A stretch of 58,509 nt of DNA from a virus (lineage: Duplodnaviria; Caudoviricetes): positions 1-58,509 of IMG/VR virus record IMGVR_UViG_3300005611_000027; one strand, 5' to 3'. The notes beneath the pieces are model-generated. The model was given only the letters and a program-made list of their open reading frames with translations. It searched no databases and was not told where the DNA came from. This document shows, piece after piece, positions 45,788 through 54,141 of the stretch; position 1 is the stretch's first letter, and the number at the start of each line of letters is the position of its first letter. A program made the translations under genes and the position numbers.

Positions 45788-45799
45788 GCCCGGCACCCG

Positions 45800-45955
45800 G
45801 CCCGCCGTCCTCGAGCTCCCGGCATCGGATCCCGCCCTCGAGCTCCCCGGGGAATCGGATCCCGCCCTCGAGCTCCCGGCATCGGATCCCGCCCTCGAGC
45901 TCCTCGCCCTCGAGCTCCCCGGGACATCGAGCTCCCCGGGGGATCGGATCCCGGT
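45800..45955. repeat. GC-rich tandem repeat of overlapping palindromes (27-30 bp unit)
   Basis: CCCGCCCTCGAGCTCCC(C)GG..ATCGGAT x3 plus degenerate copies. Confidence 0.9.
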
Positions 45956-46136
45956 GCACGGCCCGGGTCCCCCGGCTATCGGGTCAAAACCCCGGGAATC
46001 CGCGCTTTCCAGCCCGATCCGCGCCGCGCCGCCCCCGCGCCGGGGGGACGAGGGCAAGGGCCATGTTTTTCACAAACAATCACCAAATTTTTGATATGAC
46101 TAGCCGAGTTGGCATTTTGATGTTAAATGTCCCATA

Positions 46137-46152
46137 TGTTTCACGTGAAACA
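46137..46152. promoter_or_regulatory. Perfect parS consensus palindrome
   Basis: TGTTTCACGTGAAACA, intergenic, 18 bp before terL ATG. Confidence 0.85.
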
Positions 46153-46170
46153 ATGATTTAGGGTCCCCCG

Positions 46171-47631
46171 ATGGATGTTCTGGCTAACCCGGTCCTAGAA
46201 GAAAAAGCTTTGAAGCTTCAGCTTCGTCTCGCGCAGCTCGAGAAGAACGAAGCCTGCCAAAATAATTTTCTTACCTTTGTAAAGACGGTCTGGCCCGAGT
46301 TCATTGCAGGACGGCACCACAAGATTATTGCGGAAAAGCTGGAGCGTGTAGCGAGCGGCGAGCTTAAACGCCTGATTATCAATATGGCTCCTCGTCACAC
46401 CAAGTCAGAGTTTGCGTCGTACCTGTTCCCCGCATGGATGATGGGGAAGAACCCCGGCATGAAAATCATTCAGGCTACGCACACCACGGAACTTGCGGTC
46501 AACTTTGGTCGCAAAACAAAGAACCTTCTTGAAGACGAGCGATATCAAGAAATCTTCCCTGAAGTGAAGCTTGCTGCGGACAGTAAGGCATCCGGTCGTT
46601 GGGACACGAACAAGGGTGGTATGTACTACGCTGTCGGCGTGGGCTCGAACTTGGCGGGCCGTGGTGGTGATCTGGTCATTATTGACGATCCGCACTCGGA
46701 ACAGACGGCTATGTCCAATTCCGGCTTTGATGACGCTTGGGAGTGGTACACGGGCGGTCCTCGACAGCGTTTGCAGCCGGGCGGCAGCATCGTTTTGGTC
46801 CAGACCCGGTGGTCTGAAAAGGATATGACGGGTCAGCTTGTCCGTTCGATGGCCAAGGATCCCCTCGCCGATCAGTGGGAAGTGGTCGAATTACCGGCTT
46901 TGTTTGACGACGACACCCCTTGTTGGCCGGAGTTCTGGAGTATTGAGGATCTGACCGCGGTCCGCGCATCTATTCCTCCGAGCAAGTGGAATGCTCAGTA
47001 CCAGCAGAACCCGACCGGCGACGATAACGCTATTATTGCTAGGGAATGGTGGCGTAGGTGGGAACGAGATACGGTCCCTCAGTTGCAGTATGTCATTCAG
47101 AGCTACGATACGGCGTTTTCCAAGCGGGAAACTTCGGACTTTTCTGCGATTACGACGTGGGGTGTGTTCTATCCTGAAGAAGGGGGCCCCCCGAACCTTA
47201 TCCTGCTGGACAGCAAGAAGGGCCGGTGGGACTTTCCGGAGCTTAAATCGCAGGCTTTTGACATGTACCACTTCTGGGAGCCAGATACGGTCATCGTGGA
47301 AGCCAAGGCTTCTGGTCTGCCCTTGACACACGAACTACGGAACACGGGCATTCCTGTTGTGAATTTCACGCCCAGTAAGGGCAATGACAAGGTATCTCGT
47401 GTGCATGCGGTATCGCCTCTGTTTGAGGCAGGGATGGTTTGGGCCCCCGACGAAGTATTTGCTGACGAGATGATTGAAGAGGTTGCGGCCTTTCCGAACG
47501 GAGAGCATGACGACCTTGTCGATAGCATGACGCAGGCTTTAATGAGGTATCGTCAGGGCAACTTCATTCAACTGCCAACAGATGACTGGGAAGAACAGAT
47601 GGGTTCTGCTAAGATAAGGGCTTATTACTAA
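46171..47631 (+). CDS. terL: Terminase large subunit
   Basis: INMAPRHTKS, IIDDPH, QTRW, QSYDTA, EAKASG, HDDLVDS. Confidence 0.95.
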   Translation: MDVLANPVLEEKALKLQLRLAQLEKNEACQNNFLTFVKTVWPEFIAGRHHKIIAEKLERVASGELKRLIINMAPRHTKSEFASYLFPAWMMGKNPGMKIIQATHTTELAVNFGRKTKNLLEDERYQEIFPEVKLAADSKASGRWDTNKGGMYYAVGVGSNLAGRGGDLVIIDDPHSEQTAMSNSGFDDAWEWYTGGPRQRLQPGGSIVLVQTRWSEKDMTGQLVRSMAKDPLADQWEVVELPALFDDDTPCWPEFWSIEDLTAVRASIPPSKWNAQYQQNPTGDDNAIIAREWWRRWERDTVPQLQYVIQSYDTAFSKRETSDFSAITTWGVFYPEEGGPPNLILLDSKKGRWDFPELKSQAFDMYHFWEPDTVIVEAKASGLPLTHELRNTGIPVVNFTPSKGNDKVSRVHAVSPLFEAGMVWAPDEVFADEMIEEVAAFPNGEHDDLVDSMTQALMRYRQGNFIQLPTDDWEEQMGSAKIRAYY

Positions 47632-47643
47632 GGATTTTGTCTG

Positions 47644-48618
47644 ATGGCGATGAACCGTCGCGCAGCGGTAGCGAGTAAACTACTGAAACAAGCCGGGTAT
47701 ACCGGTGATTTGATGCGCTTGGCGGAGTCCCTGCCCCCGGAGACGCTTGTACAGTTCGACAAGCTATTAAATCACAAGGAACCTTCTGTGGGGCCCGGTA
47801 TGGATAGCGGCATTGTCGTCGCTTACAAATCCGGCGAGGTCGTGCAGGACAGGCCCATGCAGGGCAACTTCTCGGAAGAGGGTATTGCGGTTTATGAAGA
47901 CGGCGGTGCCGTCGAACCGCGGTCCGCGGACCCTGAAGCAGAAATCTTGGCTATTCTCGATCTTCTGGATGAAGAGAACCGGAAGCCGGAGCGCGAGAGG
48001 GACCCCGAAAGGATCGATGAGCTTTATTCACGGCTCACGGAACTTCAGTCTATGTCGGCCCCGCCTGTCGCATTTGAGGTCTCGGACGACGTTTACCTTC
48101 GCCCCCAGTTTGAGGCCAGCTTTGGGATTGGTGAAAGCAACCGTCGCGTGCCGTTTTTTGAGGACACGGTCAAGATCCGTGACCGGAACATGGGTGGCAT
48201 CGCTCGTTTAGGCGCGGAGATTGGTTTTCCCGGATTTTCTGGAAACGACCGGCTTAGTGGCGGCGTGACGGCTACGTATGATCGCACCAAACGCCTGTTG
48301 CCCGACGAATTTATTGCCTTTGGGGCCCCGTCTGATATCCGTTTCGGTCCCCGGGGTGTTGTCCCCCGCGGTTATGATGTAAGCTACTCCTCTGGTCCGC
48401 ACACATTCTCAGGAAATGTGACGCCACGACAAGAGGGAGTCAGTCGTGATGCACCGGGAGGTAGATCCGTACTTGACCTTGGCTATACGTATTCGACGCC
48501 GGAAGCGTCGTACTCTCTTCAGGCGACACCTTTCGGTCGTAGTGTGGTCACTGACCAGAAAACCGGCGATACGGAAATGGACCGGTCGATTATGGCGCGT
48601 TACACAACGCGTTTCTGA
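47644..48618 (+). CDS. Hypothetical protein with beta-barrel-like C-terminal domain
   Basis: Amphipathic beta strands, terminal ...ARYTTRF; YEDGGAV motif; no signal peptide. Confidence 0.55.
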   Translation: MAMNRRAAVASKLLKQAGYTGDLMRLAESLPPETLVQFDKLLNHKEPSVGPGMDSGIVVAYKSGEVVQDRPMQGNFSEEGIAVYEDGGAVEPRSADPEAEILAILDLLDEENRKPERERDPERIDELYSRLTELQSMSAPPVAFEVSDDVYLRPQFEASFGIGESNRRVPFFEDTVKIRDRNMGGIARLGAEIGFPGFSGNDRLSGGVTATYDRTKRLLPDEFIAFGAPSDIRFGPRGVVPRGYDVSYSSGPHTFSGNVTPRQEGVSRDAPGGRSVLDLGYTYSTPEASYSLQATPFGRSVVTDQKTGDTEMDRSIMARYTTRF

Positions 48619-48715
48619 TGAATATAGTTCCGTGATCCGTGGACTGAGGAGAGTGTTACTTAAATAGGGGCCCCCGGCAGCGCGCAGCGGCCCACGGCTC
48701 TGGATGGAGCCAAAG

Positions 48716-49030
48716 ATGTTGAAGAAGCTTATCTTGTTACTGGTGTTCCTTGTGCCGTGTTTCACGGCCCACGGATCTTATGCTCAAGCGACTTTTTGCA
48801 CGCAGGATGCGGAGAATGTTGCGGAGAAAATGGCGGAGTACGGAGAGGTTTTCTTGTTTTCGGGCATCTCCAAGATGGGGGTGCCCTATTTGTTTTATGC
48901 GGGCAAGAGGACGTACACGGTGATTATCATGGACCCTAATCGGGGGTATTGCACAACGCCGCATATCTTTGGTGATATTATTGAGATGGGCGATAATGTG
49001 AAGTTGCCTGAAACTCTTAATAGTTTATGA
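48716..49030 (+). CDS. Secreted/periplasmic small protein
   Basis: MLKKLILLLVFLVP...SYA|Q signal peptide; GGAG RBS. Confidence 0.7.
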   Translation: MLKKLILLLVFLVPCFTAHGSYAQATFCTQDAENVAEKMAEYGEVFLFSGISKMGVPYLFYAGKRTYTVIIMDPNRGYCTTPHIFGDIIEMGDNVKLPETLNSL

Positions 49031-49064
49031 TATAAGAGCGCATTACTGACGCAGGAGAAACCTG

Positions 49065-51500
49065 ATGGCTTTACAGCCCAATGGCGGTTTGATGGATCGC
49101 AACGTGCCTTCTCAGTTGGATGAGGAGGATTTGCGTGCGGAGATTGAGATAGAGCTTCCGGGTTCTCAGTATGAGGAGAATGTTCTTCCGTTTGAGGGGG
49201 ACTCTCCGGTTGAAATCGAGATGGAAGAAGACGGGTCGGTCATGGTTGACTTCGATCCGGATGATCGTCGTGGTGAGAACGACGACTTCTACATGAATTT
49301 GGCCGAGGAGATCCCGGACCGCGAGCTTGGTCGCATTGCCGGTGAGCTTTTGGGCGAGTATGACGCCAATCGGTCCAGCCGTCAGGACTGGGAGGATGCG
49401 TATTCCAAGGGTTTGGAGCTTCTGGGTTTCAACTACGAGGAGCGCAGCGAGCCGTTCCGTGGCGCGTCGGGCGTGACACATCCGCTTTTGGCCGAGGCTG
49501 CTACGCAGTTTCAGGCGCAGGCGTTCAACGAGCTTCTTCCTGCCGGTGGTCCGGTGCGTACCGTGGTTATGGGCGCGGATACCACGGCCAAAAACCAGCA
49601 GTCGCAGCGCGTTCGCAACTTTATGAACTACTACATCACGAACGTGATGGAGGAATACACGCCAGAGTTGGATCAGATGCTGTTCTATCTACCTCTGGCG
49701 GGTAGTACATTCAAAAAGGTGTACTTTGATGAGACGCTAAATCGGGCGGTAAGCAAGTTTGTACCGGCTGAAAACCTGATTGTGCCGTATGAGACGGCGG
49801 ATTTGGAGACTTGTCCCAACATTACGCAGGTTATCCGCATGTCGTTGAACGATTTGCGGAAGCGTCAGGTGTCTGGTTTCTATCTGGACATCCCTGTTCA
49901 CCCCGGACAGGACGAAGATAACGAGGTTCAGGACGAAATTAACCGGATTGACGGGTTTTCGCCCTCTCAGATCGACTATGACTGCACCCTTTTGGAGTGC
50001 CATGTCGATTTGGATCTTGAGGGGTACGAAGAAGTTGACGAAGACGGCGAAGAAACGGGCATTAAGGTGCCTTATATCGTCACAATCTCGCTTGATAATG
50101 GCCAAATTCTGTCGATTCGCCGGAATTACCGCGAAGAAGACGAACTGAAGAAGAAAATTCAGTATTTTGTTCATTATAAGTTCCTTCCGGGCTTTGGCTT
50201 TTACGGTTTGGGTCTTATTCACACGATTGGCGGGCTGTCACGGACCGCCACAGCAGCACTGAGGCAGCTTATCGACGCCGGAACCCTGTCGAACCTCCCA
50301 GCGGGCTTCAAAGCCCGTGGTTTGCGGATTCGCGACGACGACGATCCGCTTCAGCCGGGTGAGTTCAGGGATGTTGACGCACCGGGAGGGGCTATTCGTG
50401 ACAGCCTGATGCTGCTGCCGTTTAAGGGTGCTGACCAGACGCTGTTCAGCCTGCTCGGTTTCGTTGTGGATGCGGGTCGTCGCTTCGCCACCATCACCGA
50501 TATGAAGGTTGGGGACGGCAACCAGCAGGCTCCGGTCGGTACGACCATTGCGCTGCTGGAGCAGGGCTCGCGGGTCATGTCGGCTGTTCATAAGCGCTTG
50601 CACTACGCCATGCGGCTGGAGTTCAAGATGCTGGCCCGGGTGATGGCGGAGAGCCTGCCGGACGAGTACCCGTACAGCATTGAGGGCGAGGACTCGAGCG
50701 TCAAGGCGGAGGATTTTGACGACCGCGTGGACGTGATCCCGGTCTCCGATCCGAACGTGTTCTCTCAGGCACAGCGCATTGCGCTGGCGCAGACCAAGCT
50801 ACAGCTAGCTTCTGCGGCTCCTGAACTGCACAACATGAACGAAGTGTTTCGTGACATGTACGACGCGTTGGGCGTTCGTGATGCGGACCGACTTATGAAG
50901 CGTACTCCGGTCGATGAGCCGGAGCCCAAGGATCCCGCGCAGGAAAACATTGATGCGCTGGACATGATGCAGCTTCATGCCTTTGAGGGGCAGGACCATC
51001 AGGCGCACATCATGGCGCATCTGGTGTTTGCCAGCGGTCCGATGGTCGCGGCCAATCCTGTGATCGCAACGACGTTGCAGAAGCACATCATGGAGCACGT
51101 ACAGATCGGTGCCCGTGAGCAGGCGATTGTGGCATTTATACAACAGTCCCAGTCGCAGCAGGGTCAGCCATTGGACGAGGAGCAGATGCTCCAGATGGAG
51201 GCTTTGGTTGCCCAGTACGTGGCGCAGGGCATGCAGCAGGTGCAGCAGCTTAGTCGTCAGGTCTCGGGTGCCGATCAGCCGGATCCTCTGGTTCAGCTTA
51301 AACAGCAGGAACTCCAGATCAAGGCGCAGGCCGAGCAGGCAGACACGCAGGTCGATATGGCCAAGCTCAACCTCGACGCGCAGAACCAGCAGATGCGGTC
51401 CGATCAATTCCAGCAGCGGTTGGCAAGTCAGGAGCGCCAGACGGCGGCCCGTATCAACTCTGCTATGGAACGTGAAATCCTTAAACAAACTCAGGGCTAG
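49065..51500 (+). CDS. Portal protein
   Basis: 811 aa; HPLLAEA..QFQA, GSTFKKVY, GFYGLG, PGEFRDVD; Q-rich C-terminal coil. Confidence 0.9.
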   Translation: MALQPNGGLMDRNVPSQLDEEDLRAEIEIELPGSQYEENVLPFEGDSPVEIEMEEDGSVMVDFDPDDRRGENDDFYMNLAEEIPDRELGRIAGELLGEYDANRSSRQDWEDAYSKGLELLGFNYEERSEPFRGASGVTHPLLAEAATQFQAQAFNELLPAGGPVRTVVMGADTTAKNQQSQRVRNFMNYYITNVMEEYTPELDQMLFYLPLAGSTFKKVYFDETLNRAVSKFVPAENLIVPYETADLETCPNITQVIRMSLNDLRKRQVSGFYLDIPVHPGQDEDNEVQDEINRIDGFSPSQIDYDCTLLECHVDLDLEGYEEVDEDGEETGIKVPYIVTISLDNGQILSIRRNYREEDELKKKIQYFVHYKFLPGFGFYGLGLIHTIGGLSRTATAALRQLIDAGTLSNLPAGFKARGLRIRDDDDPLQPGEFRDVDAPGGAIRDSLMLLPFKGADQTLFSLLGFVVDAGRRFATITDMKVGDGNQQAPVGTTIALLEQGSRVMSAVHKRLHYAMRLEFKMLARVMAESLPDEYPYSIEGEDSSVKAEDFDDRVDVIPVSDPNVFSQAQRIALAQTKLQLASAAPELHNMNEVFRDMYDALGVRDADRLMKRTPVDEPEPKDPAQENIDALDMMQLHAFEGQDHQAHIMAHLVFASGPMVAANPVIATTLQKHIMEHVQIGAREQAIVAFIQQSQSQQGQPLDEEQMLQMEALVAQYVAQGMQQVQQLSRQVSGADQPDPLVQLKQQELQIKAQAEQADTQVDMAKLNLDAQNQQMRSDQFQQRLASQERQTAARINSAMEREILKQTQG

Positions 51501-51509
51501 GAGATAATC

Positions 51510-51704
51510 ATGGCTGGTGTGAAGATTGTAACGAACAAGCCGGGTCCGGCTCCCAAGGCGGTTGAGTATGCCGACATCAAGGGTCAGGGCCGTATTCCGT
51601 ATGGCAAGACCGCGGATGCGCCGATGGCTGGTAACGAGCCCCGCAAGATGACCATGCGTGGTGCAGGCGCTGCCCGTCAGGGCAAGAGCTTCATGGGGTG
51701 CTAA
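51510..51704 (+). CDS. Small basic virion protein
   Basis: IKGQGRIPY...MRGAGAA. Confidence 0.7.
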   Translation: MAGVKIVTNKPGPAPKAVEYADIKGQGRIPYGKTADAPMAGNEPRKMTMRGAGAARQGKSFMGC

Positions 51705-51914
51705 ATGCCCTTGAAAAAAGGTACTAGCCGGAAGACGGTTAGTGAGAACATCCGCAAGATGAAGAAGGAAGGCTACCCCCAAGATCAGGCGGTAGCCGCT
51801 TCTCTTGAGCAACAGCGCCGAAGCAAGAAGGTGATGAAGGCGAAGAACGGCGGCGTTGTGGTCCGCGGTTTTAGCCCTATTGCTCGTCCACAGTACTTCA
51901 AGGGCGTATTTTAG
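51705..51914 (+). CDS. Small basic protein
   Basis: [14 protein letters not shown]......GYP..QAVA; AKNGGVV. Confidence 0.75.
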   Translation: MPLKKGTSRKTVSENIRKMKKEGYPQDQAVAASLEQQRRSKKVMKAKNGGVVVRGFSPIARPQYFKGVF

Positions 51915-51928
51915 TCTAAGAGGGCCTT

Positions 51929-52291
51929 ATGGACGGCGCTATTGACATAAGGCTGATTGTAACTCTCGGCGGCATTCTTTTTAGCGTTGCAGGAGCCGCT
52001 GCTGTTGGCAAGATGCAGATCAAGGTCATTCAGGAGACCCTGAGTGATATTGAGGCCCGGCTCCGAAAGATCGACATGCGTATCGACCAGCTTGAAAACG
52101 CGGAAAGCGTTATCAGGCAACGCCTTGATATTCTTGCCAAGATGAACAGCCCGGAAAACCTACGCCGGGATCATATGCAGATTGCCCATATTCTGGCGGA
52201 TATCGCTTATCTCAAGTCTGAATCAGAGCGGATGCATAAGATTCATAACGGCGTACATCCGCCTGTGGCAAGCGAGAGGAAGGCGACATGA
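51929..52291 (+). CDS. Membrane-anchored coiled-coil protein (lysis module)
   Basis: N-terminal TM plus heptads. Confidence 0.6.
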   Translation: MDGAIDIRLIVTLGGILFSVAGAAAVGKMQIKVIQETLSDIEARLRKIDMRIDQLENAESVIRQRLDILAKMNSPENLRRDHMQIAHILADIAYLKSESERMHKIHNGVHPPVASERKAT

Positions 52292-52551
52292 ACTTTAACA
52301 TACAGTCGGTGCTGACCGCGCTGGCTCCAATCCTGTTCGCGGCGGTCGGATACCTCATCACCAGCCTGAACGAGCTAGAGAGCCGCATCCAGAAAACAGA
52401 AGGCTATCTGATGCTGCTGGTCACGCCGCAGGGTGAGATCGTCGCATCTCCCGCTAACAGCATCGAGCGGCAGAAAATGCGTGAGGATTTCATGAACATA
52501 ATCCACGACATGCAGGTTCGGGTTAAATTGCTAGAGGCGGATAAAAAATGA
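52288..52551 (+). CDS. Membrane-anchored small protein (lysis module)
   Basis: N-terminal TM; coupled. Confidence 0.6.
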   Translation: MNFNIQSVLTALAPILFAAVGYLITSLNELESRIQKTEGYLMLLVTPQGEIVASPANSIERQKMREDFMNIIHDMQVRVKLLEADKK

Positions 52552-52955
52552 TAGGTGCATTACTCCCAGCGGTCCTACCGCTAGTCAAAGATGTGATTGG
52601 CTCCTTCCTTCCGGAAGACCCGAAGAAACGTGCTGAAGCCGAGCGCAAGATTGAAGCGCAGTTAACGGAGCACCTTGCCAAGATTGATCTGGCACAGCTT
52701 GATATCAACAAGACGGAGGCGGCTCACCGTAGTATCTTTGTGGCTGGCTGGCGTCCATTCATCGGTTGGTCCTGCGGCGTTGCGTTGGCATGGAATTATA
52801 TCGCGCAGCCTATTCTGGTCTTTTCGCTTGCCCAGACTGGTAATCTAGTTGAGCTCCCAGCACTAGATATGTCGCAGATGATGCCGGTCCTCATGGGGAT
52901 GCTCGGGTTGGGCGGCCTACGGACGTTCGAAAAGTACAAATCGGTGAGCAAATAG
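52548..52955 (+). CDS. Holin (GTA 3TM-type)
   Basis: EAAH.SIFVAGWRPFIGW.CG...LLGLGGLRTFEK-like motif. Confidence 0.85.
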   Translation: MIGALLPAVLPLVKDVIGSFLPEDPKKRAEAERKIEAQLTEHLAKIDLAQLDINKTEAAHRSIFVAGWRPFIGWSCGVALAWNYIAQPILVFSLAQTGNLVELPALDMSQMMPVLMGMLGLGGLRTFEKYKSVSK

Positions 52956-53408
52956 ATGTCCCCGGAACTACTGGAAAAGCTTCGTGAAGAGTTAGCTCGG
53001 GACGAAGGGGTCGTATATGAAATATATTTGGACCATCTTTCTCTTCCCACTTTTGGTCTTGGCCATCTTGTTCGCCCTTCTGATCCGGAGCATGGCCAGC
53101 CTGTGGGAACGCCTGTCAGCGAAGAGCGCGTAAACGAGTGCTTTGCAGCAGACGTTCAAACCACACTGGACGACTGTAAAATCTTGTACCCGGACTTTTC
53201 GGAACTCCCGGACGAGGCGCGGTTGGTCATAGCCAATATGATGTTCAACATGGGCCGCCCACGTTTGTCCCAGTTCAAGGGCATGAAGGCGGGCGTTGAT
53301 GCGCGGGACTGGAACCGTGCCGCAGACGAAATGGTGGATAGCCGTTGGTATAAGCAGGTTACGAACCGTGCAGAGCGTCTTGTAGGAAGAATGAGAGCTC
53401 TCGCTTAA
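52956..53408 (+). CDS. Endolysin, T4-type lysozyme (GH24)
   Basis: DEG....IY.D....PTFG.GHL, NMMFNMG, AADEM.DSRW..Q...RA. Confidence 0.9.
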   Translation: MSPELLEKLREELARDEGVVYEIYLDHLSLPTFGLGHLVRPSDPEHGQPVGTPVSEERVNECFAADVQTTLDDCKILYPDFSELPDEARLVIANMMFNMGRPRLSQFKGMKAGVDARDWNRAADEMVDSRWYKQVTNRAERLVGRMRALA

Positions 53409-53489
53409 ATAAAATCAAATACCTAGTGACAGAATATATCTGACATGCTAGGAGACCATGTGAGCATATCAGAAGAGATGCGGTAAAAC

Positions 53490-53687
53490 ATGGATGAGAT
53501 ATTCTTTGCAGAAGCCACCTTTCGGATTATCCGGGAAAGGAGGGAGAATATCTTAGACATCCTTCAGTACAACAACGTGAAGGACATGGAGCATTATCGT
53601 GAGCTCATGGGCAACTTAGAGGCCCTAAATCACGTTGAACAGGAACTCAAGAGCCTGCTAGATAAACAGGAGCAAAGCATTGACTAA
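53490..53687 (+). CDS. Small head-assembly-region protein
   Basis: VKDMEHYRELMG, precedes GroES. Confidence 0.75.
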   Translation: MDEIFFAEATFRIIRERRENILDILQYNNVKDMEHYRELMGNLEALNHVEQELKSLLDKQEQSID

Positions 53688-54132
53688 AGCTAAAAAAGTG
53701 GACCTTGAAGCCGTGAAAGCCGGTGTAGAAGGTCTTTCTTCTATTTACGAAGATCGTAAAGAGAAGGTTCTGAACCCCGATGCAATCGGGAAATCCCTCC
53801 TAGAACGCCTGCCGACCCCCACGGGTTGGCGTATCTTGATCCTCCCCTACCGGGGCAAGGGCAAGACAGAGGGCGGCGTTATCCTTCCAGACCAAGCCGT
53901 TGAGGAACAATCTGTTTCCACACAGGTCGGCTATGTCTTGAAGGTTGGCCCCCTTGCGTACCAAGACCCAGAAAAGTTCCCCACCGGACCGTGGTGCGCG
54001 GAAAAAGACTGGGTAATGTTCGCCCGTTATGCGGGTTCCCGGTTCAAGATCGACGGTGGTGAGGTTCGTCTTCTGAATGACGACGAAGTTCTGGCCAAGA
54101 TCCTTGAGCCCGAAGATATTCTTCATTTCTAG
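53680..54132 (+). CDS. groES: Co-chaperonin GroES-like
   Basis: PTGWRILI, KTEGGVILP, VLKVGP.AY, D.V.FARYAG, LLNDDEVLA. Confidence 0.9.
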   Translation: MTKAKKVDLEAVKAGVEGLSSIYEDRKEKVLNPDAIGKSLLERLPTPTGWRILILPYRGKGKTEGGVILPDQAVEEQSVSTQVGYVLKVGPLAYQDPEKFPTGPWCAEKDWVMFARYAGSRFKIDGGEVRLLNDDEVLAKILEPEDILHF

Positions 54133-54141
54133 GAGAGCAAA

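Noticed and set aside
45800-45955. CRISPR array
   Set aside because: Repeats are contiguous with no unique spacers, and there are no cas genes.
45665-46099. ORFs across the GC-rich repeat
   Set aside because: Open in several frames because of low complexity; no RBS; they cross a terminator.
46101-46128. dif-like XerCD site (TGATGTTAAAT)
   Set aside because: Only the XerD-like arm matches; there is no XerC arm at the 6-bp spacing.
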